64,000 bases of DNA from an uncultured bacterium (lineage in GTDB: Bacteria; Bacillota; Clostridia; Oscillospirales; CAG-272). A program made the position numbers and the translations under genes. The stretch lies in contig CASDOQ010000015.1 of the NCBI GenBank assembly GCA_949282345.1, positions 17,488-81,487 on the forward strand, written 5' to 3'. Positions 25,264 through 34,653 of the stretch are shown here, piece by piece. Position 1 is the first letter of the stretch. Each line of letters opens with the position of its first letter. The notes under the pieces were generated by a model that worked only from the letters and a program-made list of their open reading frames with translations, ran no database searches and was not told where the DNA came from.

Positions 25264-28011
25264 TCATTGGAATTTTGCCGCCATGTGTCGCAAAATGGCG
25301 TCGGCGATCTGGAGATATCCCGCCTGCGCAGGATGGACGCCGTTGGAGCAGACGGTCTCGGTGTTCGGATTCCGGTTGTTGACCGGGATCTGCTTCATCG
25401 GCATATTGTTCACGCTGTCAAACTGCCCGGCAATGCTCACGTAACTGACGAATCCGCTGTAAGCTTCCTCATGCGTGATATCGATATACCATTTCTGAAA
25501 ATTCCAGACGTATTGCAGTTTTTCGTAATAGTTCCATGCGGTTCCGTAGCTCGACCCAAAGCCATCGTGCAAAGGAACCTGCAGACCGACCAGCGTTACT
25601 TTGCAATCGGGATAGGCGGTGTGGAAGTTATCAAGGAAGATACGCACCTGCTGTTTGTAAGGATTTTCGCCGATGCCGGTATTGTTCCACCCGAGCAGGA
25701 CGATAACCTCATCCACCTTCTCGGCTCCCTGGGCCTCAACGTATTTTTTGATATCCACCTTTCCGGCCGATTCATCCCAGAAAGGATTCTGCGCCGCGCG
25801 CTCCTGGCTTGCATACGTGATCTCGGCCACGTTTCCGGTGCCGCCGTCCTTATACGTCAGTTTCCCGCTTGCCGGGAAAGACCGATACCCATCGCTCTCG
25901 GAAATGATCTTGATACGGTTCTCCTCAATCGATTCAAGCTTCCAGACGGCCCCGTTCGCATCGGTATACCGGGCGTGCTGGTCGGCTTCCGCATCCAGCG
26001 CCGCATAGTTCCCGCCCGTCCCCGCATAAATATACCGATGTTTTTCGCTCAGATTGTTGGAGTTATACGAATAGAACGTCCATCCGCCGTATCCTTCGTA
26101 AGGAACTCCCGCGCAGGTCGTGGAGGAGCCGGTCAGACAGGTACCGATAAAGCGGACATTCGTAAGCCCGTACCCCGCAGGCGTGCCGCCGGACTCACAA
26201 AGACGGCGGTAGAGTTCCGCCGGCCAGACCCCGCCGAACGTCAGAGAATCTCCGACGCAGAGGATCACCTTCTCTTCGTCAGGGGAAGTGGGCTTTGCCA
26301 CCACATTCAGCACCACACTACCCCGGTCCACGGCCTCGCCGTTCTGGTCGCGTACCGTGATCCCGAGCGTATGCCGCCCGATATCTGCCACCGCGGGCGT
26401 CCATACGTACTTGCGCGCGTAGGAAGTGCCGCGGCTCTTGCCGTCCGCAAAGTTCAGTTCAAAGTCGTAAACGTCGCTGTCCAGGCAATTGAGAATTCCT
26501 TTATAGAAGAGTTCAAAGTTATCGTCAACCACGAGATCGTAAAGATCGGGAAGCTGAAGTTTCACATTCGTTTCCTTTCCTTCCGCGCTGCCGGAATCCC
26601 CGGAGGAGATCCAACTGAAATCAAAAATATATTCGTCGCCTTCCGACGTACGGAAACTCATGTCGGGCGTATATGCGTCGTTGTATTTGTATTGCGCCAA
26701 AACACCGTTATCCACAAAATACGGGCTGTACAAATAAATCGTCCTATTATTCGTATCGACCATCGTGATCGATTCGTTTTTCTCCTTCATCAGGCAGGTC
26801 TCGTTGACGGAGGGCCTGACCCAGTAATCCTTCGTGGTAACGTACACGCAGAGGATGAAATCCTCGGGGAGTCCGGCCGCATCGAGATCGGCTTTCGGAA
26901 TGCAGACATCCAACGTATAATCCGAAACGCCGCACGGCAAGATCTCGGTCGTATAGATCAGGTTTTTGTATGGGACGAATGTAATATTATTCGGATCGGA
27001 CTGATTCAAAGACTGAAAAGCGACGTTGACCGTCACGTTTCCGGGTTCCTGCCCATCGATTCTCCCGATATTCCAACCGTTCAGCGTGACCGAATATACG
27101 GTATCCCGATCCCCGAACATCGTTTCCCGGTTCATCCACGTACCGCTGCCGGAAAAGCGTTTGAGCAAATCCTTCACACTCGTCAGGGACGGATCGGTCA
27201 CCGTGCGCGTGCTGGCCGGCTTTTTCTGAACCCGCAACCCGGTCAGAACTTCTCCCATCAGTTTTTCAAGTTCCGCCAGACGCGGTTCGGTATCGGCCGA
27301 GCCGCCATCGGTTCCGTTCGTTACGGTGAATTCGGTGCTCGTCCCATCGGAAAACTCGATGGTATAGATATCGGTCTTGCCCTCGCTTCTCGTCTTGCCG
27401 CAGGAAACCACCGTCAGCGGCTCGGCGTCCGCGCCGTCGTTTCCGTCGGCTCCGTCTTTGCCGTCTGTGCCATTCGTGCCATCCACGCCGTCTTTGCCGT
27501 CTGTGCCGGCTGTGCCAGTCGTGCCATCCTCGCCGTCTTTGCCGTCTGAGCCGTTCGTGACGGTGAATTCAGCCGTCGTGCCGTCGGAGAAGCTGATGGT
27601 ATAGGTATCGACCTTTCCCACGCTTTTTGTCTTTTTGCAGGAGAGTACCGTCAACGGTTTGGCGTTCGTGACGGTAAAAGACTGCGTCGTTCCGTCAGAA
27701 AACGTGATGGTATAGGTGTCGGTTTCGCCTTCCGTGCCGGTCTTCTCCACCGAGGTGACCGAAAGCGCCGAGCCGGCAGAACTGACCGTGTCTCCAACCG
27801 TCAGCGTCCGGGACGTTCCGTCGGAAAAGGTAAATCGGTATGTAGCCTTCCCGTCCGTCAAGGAGATCTTATCCACAGCCGTGACCTGGCTGTCAAACAG
27901 ATCAAATCCCTCACGGACATCCGTACTGCCCGGGGCCGTAAACTGGCAGGAGATCAAAAAGAGCGAAAGCAACAGTAAGATCCCCATGATCCATATGGAT
28001 TTACGCTTCAT
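25264..28011 (-). CDS. Large lipoprotein: repeated small beta-domains + collagen-like GXY tract + C-terminal SGNH/GDSL hydrolase
   Basis: MKRKSIWIMGILLLLSLFLISC has a lipobox. There are four copies of xYxxxFSDGTxxxFTV. A tract of 14 GXY triplets follows. VILCVGDSLTFGG (GDS block) and later VIVLLGWNN blocks indicate SGNH. A GGAGG RBS is present. The + ORF 25240..27549 is an antisense shadow. Confidence 0.8.
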   Translation of the reverse strand: MKRKSIWIMGILLLLSLFLISCQFTAPGSTDVREGFDLFDSQVTAVDKISLTDGKATYRFTFSDGTSRTLTVGDTVSSAGSALSVTSVEKTGTEGETDTYTITFSDGTTQSFTVTNAKPLTVLSCKKTKSVGKVDTYTISFSDGTTAEFTVTNGSDGKDGEDGTTGTAGTDGKDGVDGTNGTDGKDGADGNDGADAEPLTVVSCGKTRSEGKTDIYTIEFSDGTSTEFTVTNGTDGGSADTEPRLAELEKLMGEVLTGLRVQKKPASTRTVTDPSLTSVKDLLKRFSGSGTWMNRETMFGDRDTVYSVTLNGWNIGRIDGQEPGNVTVNVAFQSLNQSDPNNITFVPYKNLIYTTEILPCGVSDYTLDVCIPKADLDAAGLPEDFILCVYVTTKDYWVRPSVNETCLMKEKNESITMVDTNNRTIYLYSPYFVDNGVLAQYKYNDAYTPDMSFRTSEGDEYIFDFSWISSGDSGSAEGKETNVKLQLPDLYDLVVDDNFELFYKGILNCLDSDVYDFELNFADGKSRGTSYARKYVWTPAVADIGRHTLGITVRDQNGEAVDRGSVVLNVVAKPTSPDEEKVILCVGDSLTFGGVWPAELYRRLCESGGTPAGYGLTNVRFIGTCLTGSSTTCAGVPYEGYGGWTFYSYNSNNLSEKHRYIYAGTGGNYAALDAEADQHARYTDANGAVWKLESIEENRIKIISESDGYRSFPASGKLTYKDGGTGNVAEITYASQERAAQNPFWDESAGKVDIKKYVEAQGAEKVDEVIVLLGWNNTGIGENPYKQQVRIFLDNFHTAYPDCKVTLVGLQVPLHDGFGSSYGTAWNYYEKLQYVWNFQKWYIDITHEEAYSGFVSYVSIAGQFDSVNNMPMKQIPVNNRNPNTETVCSNGVHPAQAGYLQIADAILRHMAAKFQ
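27427..27552 (-). repeat. Coding tandem repeat: 14 consecutive Gly-X-Y triplets (GSD GKD GED GTT GTA GTD GKD GVD GTN GTD GKD GAD GND GAD)
   Basis: This is a direct read of the minus-strand codons. On the + strand, GCCGTCTTTGCCGTCTGTGCC-type units recur. Confidence 0.9.
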
Positions 28012-28095
28012 CAGAATTCCTCCTCACCCTATGCAAAAGTCTTTCGGATTTGTGCATACTACATGAATTTTTAAAATAAATTCTATATAAATATT

Positions 28096-28124
28096 ATTAT
28101 ATATCAAAAACGCTTCTTTGTCAA
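28096..28124 (-). promoter_or_regulatory. Sigma-A-type promoter of the 25264..28011 lipoprotein gene
   Basis: The minus strand reads TTGACA (28124-28119), 17 nt, TATAAT (28101-28096), within an AT-rich tract. Confidence 0.55.
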
Positions 28125-28368
28125 TACCGGCCCGCGTCAAAAGGGCAGGGAGCAGGCCTCCCGTGACCCCGCGTGACACGAAAGCGGAAGCCACCCCACG
28201 GCCAGGCCCCCTGCATCGAAATCTCGGGGGAGTCGATAAAGCGCACCCCGTCCGGAATTCCCTTCTCCCGGATGACCTGCCGGTCAAAAAATCCTTCGTA
28301 ATTCTATATACAATAGGACGGCGCTTTGCCGTAATACGAAATCCGCGAAAAGAATTACGATATCGCGC

Positions 28369-28402
28369 AAAAAAATGCCGTGCAGGATCTCTCTTGCACG
28401 GC
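28369..28402 (-). terminator. Intrinsic terminator of the wzz/BY-kinase pair
   Basis: The minus strand reads GCCGTGCAAGAGAGATCCTGCACGGCATTTTTTT. Confidence 0.75.
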
Positions 28403-28408
28403 GTTCTC

Positions 28409-29170
28409 TTATTTCTTTTCCTTCCCCTCATCAGGAGAAACCGCAGGCATTTCCGCCGCGCGGTTCGAGTAGGTGTAGTTATAGCGGTACTTATACTTAT
28501 ATTTTTCGGAAGCGTTCCGATAGGTGGCCCGCTTCGGATTGACGTCGTTCACCACAAATCCGAGAACATTGGCGTTCACGCGCTGGAGAGTAGCCAGGAG
28601 ATCGGAAATTCCGCGCTTATCGTCCTTGCCGGAACGGACAACGACCGCATATCCCGTGATGAGTTCCACGGGGACGACTGCATCGATCACCACGCCGATC
28701 GGCGGGAAGTCAATGAAGATCGCATCGTAGCGCTCCCGCATGGCCAGTAAAAAATCACGGTAATTCTCCGAAGCAAGAAGCTCCGTAGGATTGGGCGGAA
28801 TGTGCCCGGCCGTAACGACCTCCAACCCGGTACATCCCGAGGAAAGAATCACGCCGTCATCATCACGACAAAGCCCTGCGGCGACCTCACTGATCCCCGC
28901 GGAACGGTCAAGCCCGAAGATCTTATGCTGAACCGGGTTGCGCATATCGCAATCGATCAGCAGGACGTGCTTGCCGAGTTCCGCAAAGGAACGCGCCATA
29001 TTGGCAATGACCACAGACTTTCCCGCATGGGGGAAAACGCTGGTGACGGCATAGATCGGGCACTTATCCCCCCGCGCCGTATAGAGCATTTTGGTACGGA
29101 TCTCTTTGAACGCCTCCGCTACTGCGAAAGGACTTGTATCGGTCACAAGTGCGTTTTTGTACTGGCCCAT
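28409..29170 (-). CDS. CpsD/CapB-family bacterial tyrosine (BY) kinase
   Basis: VTSVFPHAGKSVVIANMA (Walker A), LLIDCDMRNP (Walker A'), and a C-terminal Tyr cluster YRNASEKYKYKYRYNYTY. An AAGGAGG RBS is present. Confidence 0.85.
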   Translation of the reverse strand: MGQYKNALVTDTSPFAVAEAFKEIRTKMLYTARGDKCPIYAVTSVFPHAGKSVVIANMARSFAELGKHVLLIDCDMRNPVQHKIFGLDRSAGISEVAAGLCRDDDGVILSSGCTGLEVVTAGHIPPNPTELLASENYRDFLLAMRERYDAIFIDFPPIGVVIDAVVPVELITGYAVVVRSGKDDKRGISDLLATLQRVNANVLGFVVNDVNPKRATYRNASEKYKYKYRYNYTYSNRAAEMPAVSPDEGKEKK

Positions 29171-29952
29171 CTCCGTCCTCCTTTCGTTTTTGCAGAATGA
29201 TATTTTTCATTCAGCTCCGGCACGGACGGAACCGTTCCGAGAATCGGAAGCGCATAGAGCTGCAGATCCTCCTCGGTGTATACGGTCGTATCAAAAAGAT
29301 ACACAAAAAAGAAGACGGAGAAGCAGACAACCGCCCCGATCAACGCCGCCAGGGCAACATTCCTTTTGATATTCGGGGAGACCGGCGAGGTAGGGACTTC
29401 CAGCGAAGTCGTCAGGGCCTTTACATCTCCGGCCTTCACGAATTCGTTCAATACGCTCCCGGCAACCAGCCCCGCCGATTTGGCAAGGTAATAGGCTTCC
29501 TGCGGGTCGGTTGAGGTCATGCGGATATAAAAGAGACGTTCATCCTTGGTTCCGATACTCATAAAGGAACGGACGCGCTTCCAGCTGTTTTCCGACTGCC
29601 ACTGCGGGAAATCCTTGACTCCGTTCGTTTCGGCCTCCGCCATGCGGGCGGCAACTTCCTTGGCGAAATCATCGGATTCCCGTAAAACAGGCGGATAGAT
29701 GGTCGCGAGTTCTTCTGCCCTGGTACCGCTGTAGGAACCGCCGGCCGTACTGTACATCGGGTCAACATACATAACGATCGTCGAGGAATATTTCCGGGGC
29801 ACGAAAAATTCGGTAAATACCCCGACCACAACGCCGCAAAGCAACGCGGCCACGAGAACCCAGCACCACGACTTCCGTAAAATCGACAGGAAAAAATGCA
29901 GGTCGATCTCGGAATTCGGATGGGCAGGGGAGGGATTCTTATACTTATCCAT
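29143..29952 (-). CDS. Wzz/CpsC-type chain-length-determinant (BY-kinase modulator) membrane protein
   Basis: ATG 29952. MDKYKNPSPAHPNSEIDLHFFLSILRKSWCWVLVAALLCG is the N-terminal TM, and there is a second TM near the C-terminus. The gene overlaps the kinase gene by 28 nt. Confidence 0.75.
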   Translation of the reverse strand: MDKYKNPSPAHPNSEIDLHFFLSILRKSWCWVLVAALLCGVVVGVFTEFFVPRKYSSTIVMYVDPMYSTAGGSYSGTRAEELATIYPPVLRESDDFAKEVAARMAEAETNGVKDFPQWQSENSWKRVRSFMSIGTKDERLFYIRMTSTDPQEAYYLAKSAGLVAGSVLNEFVKAGDVKALTTSLEVPTSPVSPNIKRNVALAALIGAVVCFSVFFFVYLFDTTVYTEEDLQLYALPILGTVPSVPELNEKYHSAKTKGGRRWASTKTHL

Positions 29953-29998
29953 ATACACTCCTCTTTCTTGTTTTTGGGAGAGCCCCCGAAGGGAAAGA

Positions 29999-30757
29999 TC
30001 AGGCGTTGGCAGCAGCAACGATCGCGGTAAATTTATCGGTCTTCAGCGAAGCACCGCCGATGAGACCTCCGTCTACGTTCTCGCGGGCAAGAAGATCCGC
30101 CGCGTTCTTTTCGTTCATGGAACCGCCGTACTGGATGACCAGCGCGTCGGCCACGTCCTTTCCGTACAGATCAGCCACTACGCCGCGGATGATCCCGCAG
30201 GCTTCGTCCGCCTGCTCGGGCGTCGCGGTAAGGCCGGTGCCGATCGCCCACACCGGCTCATACGCAATGATCACGCGTGCAAGGTCTTCGGCAGGGATGC
30301 CGGCAAGGTCGAGTTTGGTCTGCATTGAAACGATCTCCTCCGTGATACCGGCCTGGCGCGCGTCAAGCAGCTCGCCGAGGCAGAGAATCACGCGGAAGCC
30401 GGCGGCCAGCGCCGCCTTGGTGCGCAGGTTCACGGTCTCATCGGTCTCACCGAAATACTGGCGGCGTTCGCTGTGACCGACGATCACGTATTCCGCGCCG
30501 GTCTCCTTCAGCATGGCGGCCGAGGTCTCGCCGGTATACGCGCCGCTTTCCTTGAAGTGAACGTTCTGTGCGCCGATATGGATGTTGGTACCTGCGGCGG
30601 CCTCCACGGCCGATGCGATGTCAACAAACGGAACGCAGAGTACGATGTCGCACTGATCCTTTCCCGCCACCATCGGGGCAAGTTCACGGATGAATTTGCC
30701 GGTCTCGGAGGGAGTCATATTCATTTTCCAGTTTCCTGCAATAACAGTCTTTCTCAT
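29999..30757 (-). CDS. tpiA: Triosephosphate isomerase
   Basis: MRKTVIAGNWKMN...VGHSERR...AYEPVWAIGTG... Confidence 0.95.
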   Translation of the reverse strand: MRKTVIAGNWKMNMTPSETGKFIRELAPMVAGKDQCDIVLCVPFVDIASAVEAAAGTNIHIGAQNVHFKESGAYTGETSAAMLKETGAEYVIVGHSERRQYFGETDETVNLRTKAALAAGFRVILCLGELLDARQAGITEEIVSMQTKLDLAGIPAEDLARVIIAYEPVWAIGTGLTATPEQADEACGIIRGVVADLYGKDVADALVIQYGGSMNEKNAADLLARENVDGGLIGGASLKTDKFTAIVAAANA

Positions 30758-30787
30758 GATCTTATCCTCACTCTGTCGTATCGTCCA

Positions 30788-32101
30788 TTATTTATCCTGC
30801 AGGCAGGCGATCCCGGGAAGGACCAGTCCTTCGAGGAATTCGAGCGATGCGCCGCCGCCGGTCGAAATGTGGGTGATCCGGTCGGCGAAACCAAGCTGTT
30901 CGCAAGCCGCCGCGGAGTCACCGCCGCCGACGATCGTGGTCCCGTCGCACTCGGCAAGGGCCTCGGCCACCGCGATGGTTCCCTTGGCCAGCGTCGGATT
31001 TTCAAAAACGCCCATCGGGCCGTTCCAGACCACGGTCTTGGCACTCTTGATGGCATCGGCAAACAGAGCACGGGTCTTTTCCCCGATATCAAGCCCCATT
31101 TTGTCGGACGGGATCTTATCGGACGGAACCGTCTCTACATCGATCGCCGCGTCGATCGGATCCGGGAATGTAGCGGCCACTACCGAGTCAACGGGGAGCA
31201 GGAGCCGGACGCCCTTCTCTTCGGCTTTTTTCATCATATCGCGGCAATATTCGATCTTCTCGCTGTCGAGCAGAGAGGAGCCGACCTCATATCCCTTGGC
31301 CGCCAGGAAGGTGTAGGCCATGCCGCCGCCGATGATCAGCGTATCGACCTTGGTCAGAAGGTTGTTGATGACGTTCAGCTTGTCCGCGACCTTGGCGCCG
31401 CCGAGGATGGCCACGAAAGGACGGACGGGATTTTCAAGCGCGGCACCCATGATCCCGATTTCTTTCCCGATCAGATAGCCGCAGTAGGCCGGCAGATAGT
31501 CGGCAACGCCGGCAGTCGAAGCATGGGCGCGGTGTGCCGTTCCGAAAGCGTCATTCACGTAGATCTCCGCGAGCGAGGCCAGCGCCTTGGCAAACTCGGG
31601 GGCATTCTTTTCTTCCCCGGCGTTGAAGCGGACGTTCTCGATCAGGAGGATCTCGCCGTCCTGCAGGGCGTCGGCTTTGGCGTGCGCGTCTTCTCCGACG
31701 GTATCGGCCGCAAAGGCCACCGCCTTGCCGAGCAGTTCGGCGAGGCGTTCCGCGACCGGGCGGAGAGTGAACTTCTTGCCGTCTTTTTTGGCTTTTTCAA
31801 GCATTTCAGTGCGGGCGGCTTCACGCTCTGCCTCCGGGAGAGCCTCCAGTGCTTTCTTTTCTTTTTTATTCAGCCCGAAACCTTCAGTGAAGATATTGTG
31901 CGGCTTGCCGAGGTGCGAGCAGAGAATGACGCGGGCGCCCTTCCCTGCCAGATACTTGATGGTAGGAAGCGCTTCCACGATACGCTTATCGCTCGTAATG
32001 ACACCATCTTTCTGCGGAACGTTGAAATCGCAACGGACCAGTACGCGCTTGCCGCCGAGCGCCGGAATATCTTCTACGGACTTTTTGTTGTACATCGACA
32101 T
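30788..32101 (-). CDS. pgk: Phosphoglycerate kinase (with a Lys/Glu-rich insertion of about 36-40 aa)
   Basis: ...[12 protein letters not shown]...SHLGKP...[11 protein letters not shown]...[14 protein letters not shown]...GGGDSAAA. At 437 aa it is longer than typical PGK (about 395 aa). Confidence 0.93.
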   Translation of the reverse strand: MSMYNKKSVEDIPALGGKRVLVRCDFNVPQKDGVITSDKRIVEALPTIKYLAGKGARVILCSHLGKPHNIFTEGFGLNKKEKKALEALPEAEREAARTEMLEKAKKDGKKFTLRPVAERLAELLGKAVAFAADTVGEDAHAKADALQDGEILLIENVRFNAGEEKNAPEFAKALASLAEIYVNDAFGTAHRAHASTAGVADYLPAYCGYLIGKEIGIMGAALENPVRPFVAILGGAKVADKLNVINNLLTKVDTLIIGGGMAYTFLAAKGYEVGSSLLDSEKIEYCRDMMKKAEEKGVRLLLPVDSVVAATFPDPIDAAIDVETVPSDKIPSDKMGLDIGEKTRALFADAIKSAKTVVWNGPMGVFENPTLAKGTIAVAEALAECDGTTIVGGGDSAAACEQLGFADRITHISTGGGASLEFLEGLVLPGIACLQDK

Positions 32102-32143
32102 AAGAAACTGACTCCTTATTAAAAAATATAATTATGCACCGAT

Positions 32144-32172
32144 AGTATACCATCGGAGGAAGGGCTTGTCAA
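32144..32172 (-). promoter_or_regulatory. Sigma-A-type promoter of pgk-tpiA
   Basis: The minus strand reads TTGACA (32172-32167), 17 nt, TATACT (32149-32144). Confidence 0.6.
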
Positions 32173-32314
32173 GTAGCTCGGGACGATTCGGGTATTTTTG
32201 AAAACAACTTTTTCATCGGGCGGAAAAAGCCTTTACAAATCCTCGCGGAAAGGGTATACTGTAAGGGAAACTATTGTGGGCCGGTATTTTGACCCGGGTG
32301 CCTGCGGAGGAATT

Positions 32315-33043
32315 ATGGACAGACAGGATTTTTTCAGGGAAACCGAGGCGGCATTCTCGACTCTCGGGCTTTCCGCGCTTCTCACAGAGGAACGGAAGGA
32401 GGGATTTTTCCACCTCTTTCTCCGCCTGTGCGAAGAGAACGCGAAATACAATCTCACCGCCGTGACCGACCCGCGGGAGGTCATCCTCCTGCATTTTGCC
32501 GATTCCCTGATGGCGGCGCGCCATCTGCCCGCAGGAGCAGAACTGTTGGACGTCGGTTGCGGTGCCGGGTTTCCCGCTCTTCCACTCGCTCTCTGCCGCC
32601 CCGATCTCAGCGTCACGGCCATGGACGCAACCGCGAAAAAGACCGGGTTCGTCCGCATGATGGCAGAGGAACTGAGCCTTTCCAATCTCCATGTACACAC
32701 GCTCCGCGCCGAGGAAGCCGGGCACGGGGAATTCCGTGACCGCTTTGACGTCGTGACGGCGCGGGCGGTTGCCGCGCTCCCGATCCTTACCGAACTTTGC
32801 GCCCCGCTCGTGCGTCCCGGCGGACTTTTTCTGCCGATGAAGGGGCGGAACGGCGCCGAGGAGTTGCAGGCCGCCCGTCATGCTTTGCAAGAGTTAAAAT
32901 GTAAAGTTGAATTTACAGATGAATATCCAATCGGAACAGGGGATGCCGCACAGGCACGCACACTTTTCCTCATCCGCAAGACAGCCGCCACGCCGGACGC
33001 CTATCCGCGTCCCTATGCGCGCATCAAATCACGCCCGCTCTGA
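32315..33043 (+). CDS. rsmG: 16S rRNA (guanine527-N7)-methyltransferase
   Basis: ATG 32315 follows GGAGG. ...YNLTAVTDPREVILLHFADSL...LLDVGCGAGFPALPLAL... Confidence 0.85.
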   Translation: MDRQDFFRETEAAFSTLGLSALLTEERKEGFFHLFLRLCEENAKYNLTAVTDPREVILLHFADSLMAARHLPAGAELLDVGCGAGFPALPLALCRPDLSVTAMDATAKKTGFVRMMAEELSLSNLHVHTLRAEEAGHGEFRDRFDVVTARAVAALPILTELCAPLVRPGGLFLPMKGRNGAEELQAARHALQELKCKVEFTDEYPIGTGDAAQARTLFLIRKTAATPDAYPRPYARIKSRPL

Positions 33044-33070
33044 AGGCCTGCGTGCCGACGATATCCGGCA

Positions 33071-33101
33071 AAAAAGCCCGCTTTTCGAAAGCGGGCTTTT
33101 T
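33071..33101. terminator. Bidirectional terminator between rsmG and galT
   Basis: AAAAAGCCCGCTTTCGAAAGCGGGCTTTTT, a perfect palindrome. Confidence 0.8.
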
Positions 33102-33111
33102 CTGTGAAAGA

Positions 33112-34653
33112 TCAGTCGGAAAGGGCCGAGAGGACGAAGGAGTCAAATTCTGCAAGCCCTTCCTCCGTGCGTTTGAAGACCGCGGTATTCTCAAGGATCG
33201 CGGCGCAGGTGCGGTTGACGCGGTCGGTCACGGCGACGGCGGCCTCTTTGGCGGAAAGAGCCGTCCCGTATTTCCCGACCAGATCGGCGATCATGGCGGC
33301 GTGAACGTGGAGCGGATCCGCCTCTTCGGCAAGGGCGGCCGGATCATAAGCCTCCGCGCCGGTGAGATAGGCCTCGATCGCGGCCAGTTGGGTCTTGAGG
33401 CGGCCGGGCAGGATAAAGCGTCCCATGGCCTCGATCAGACCGATCCCCTCTTTTTTGATGTTATGGTATTCGGGGTGCGCGTGGAAGATCCCGTCCGGGT
33501 AGGTCTTGTCGGTGCGGTTGTTGCGGAGGATCATATCGATCACATACTCTTCCCCGTCCCGGCGCGCAATGGGAGAAAGCGTATTATGCGGCGTGTCCCC
33601 GGTATGCGAGAAGATCCCACAGGGGAGAGAATCAAAATGCTGCCAGGCTTCAATGATTCGAACGGCGACGGCGGAAAGGGCCTCGCGGTCGCGCGAGCGG
33701 AGGCGCAGGGCGCTGTTATACCACTTCAGACGGCCGACGCTGACCGCCGGGCAGGATGCCGCCGGATAGATCTTCTCGACCGGGGCGTACTGCATCGGGA
33801 GCAGGTGTCCCCCTCCCTGAAAATGCTCATGATCGAGGATCGAACCGCCAACGATCGGCAGAGCCGCGTTGCTCCCGATGAAATAGGCCGGAAACGCATC
33901 CACGAAATCAAGGAGCTTCGCGGGGGTGGTAGCGTCCACCTTCATCGGCGTATGCGAGCGCGAAATGGCAATGCAATGCTCCCGGTAATAGGCGTACGGA
34001 GAATACTGAACGAACCACGGTTCCCCTCCCATGGTGAGAGAAAGCGTGCGCAGATTGGCACGGGCAGGATGTGTCAGCGTTCCGCGATAGCCTTCGTTGC
34101 TCTCGCAGAGCATACAGGCGGGATACTTTTCCTTCTTTTTGGGCTGAGACAGGAGTTTGGCGATCTCCTTATTGCTTTTTTCGGGCTTGGAAAGGTTGAT
34201 GGTGATCTCCAGCGTGTTTTCCCCGTCCCGGTAAGTCCATTCAAGATTACGGGAAATCGCCGTCTTCTGAATATAGTCGTTGTGGATGCAGAGCGAATAG
34301 AACCACGCAGTGGCGGCATCGGTTCCGTCCTCGGCGGCGATCTTCCGGTAAAGCGCGTTGATGCGGGAGGGCGGCGGGGTCAAAAGCCCCATGACCTCCG
34401 TGGCGAAGATAGCCTCATAGCCTTCTTCACAAAGGCGGTTCTCCTCGGCATAGGCGCGGAGTTTTTCGGTCAGTCCATCCGGCACGGCAAGCTGCTTCAC
34501 CCACTCGGTATCGGGAAGCGTATCGGCCGCGGCGTCCAGATTCAGCATCGCCAGCAGGCGGTTGCGCAGATAGGGCTTGTCAAGCGGGTCGAGAGACAGG
34601 TGTACCTCCGCATAGGAAAGCAGTTCCTCCGCCAGAATTTTTCCGTCCGTCAT
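33112..34653 (-). CDS. galT: UDP-glucose-hexose-1-phosphate uridylyltransferase, long (class II) form
   Basis: The protein is 513 aa. It reads MTDGKILAEELLSYAEVHLSLDPLDKPYLRNRLL...CMLCESNEGY...FIGSNAALPIVGGSILDHEHFQGG, the Gram-positive GalT type. Confidence 0.85.
   Translation of the reverse strand: MTDGKILAEELLSYAEVHLSLDPLDKPYLRNRLLAMLNLDAAADTLPDTEWVKQLAVPDGLTEKLRAYAEENRLCEEGYEAIFATEVMGLLTPPPSRINALYRKIAAEDGTDAATAWFYSLCIHNDYIQKTAISRNLEWTYRDGENTLEITINLSKPEKSNKEIAKLLSQPKKKEKYPACMLCESNEGYRGTLTHPARANLRTLSLTMGGEPWFVQYSPYAYYREHCIAISRSHTPMKVDATTPAKLLDFVDAFPAYFIGSNAALPIVGGSILDHEHFQGGGHLLPMQYAPVEKIYPAASCPAVSVGRLKWYNSALRLRSRDREALSAVAVRIIEAWQHFDSLPCGIFSHTGDTPHNTLSPIARRDGEEYVIDMILRNNRTDKTYPDGIFHAHPEYHNIKKEGIGLIEAMGRFILPGRLKTQLAAIEAYLTGAEAYDPAALAEEADPLHVHAAMIADLVGKYGTALSAKEAAVAVTDRVNRTCAAILENTAVFKRTEEGLAEFDSFVLSALSD

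Noticed and set aside
27400-27560. Short tandem DNA repeats that could be mistaken for a CRISPR or minisatellite array.
   Set aside because: The repeats are in frame inside a long ORF and encode Gly-X-Y triplets. There is no repeat-spacer architecture, and I saw no CRISPR array anywhere in the window.
28130-28368. Cyclic-di-GMP or cyclic-di-AMP (ydaO-like) riboswitch upstream of the surface lipoprotein gene.
   Set aside because: The GEMM core motifs (GGCAAACC, GACGCAAAGCC) are absent. The block also lies upstream of the consensus promoter of the lipoprotein gene, not in its leader. Two ACGGGG/GCGGGG motifs are not enough to call ydaO.
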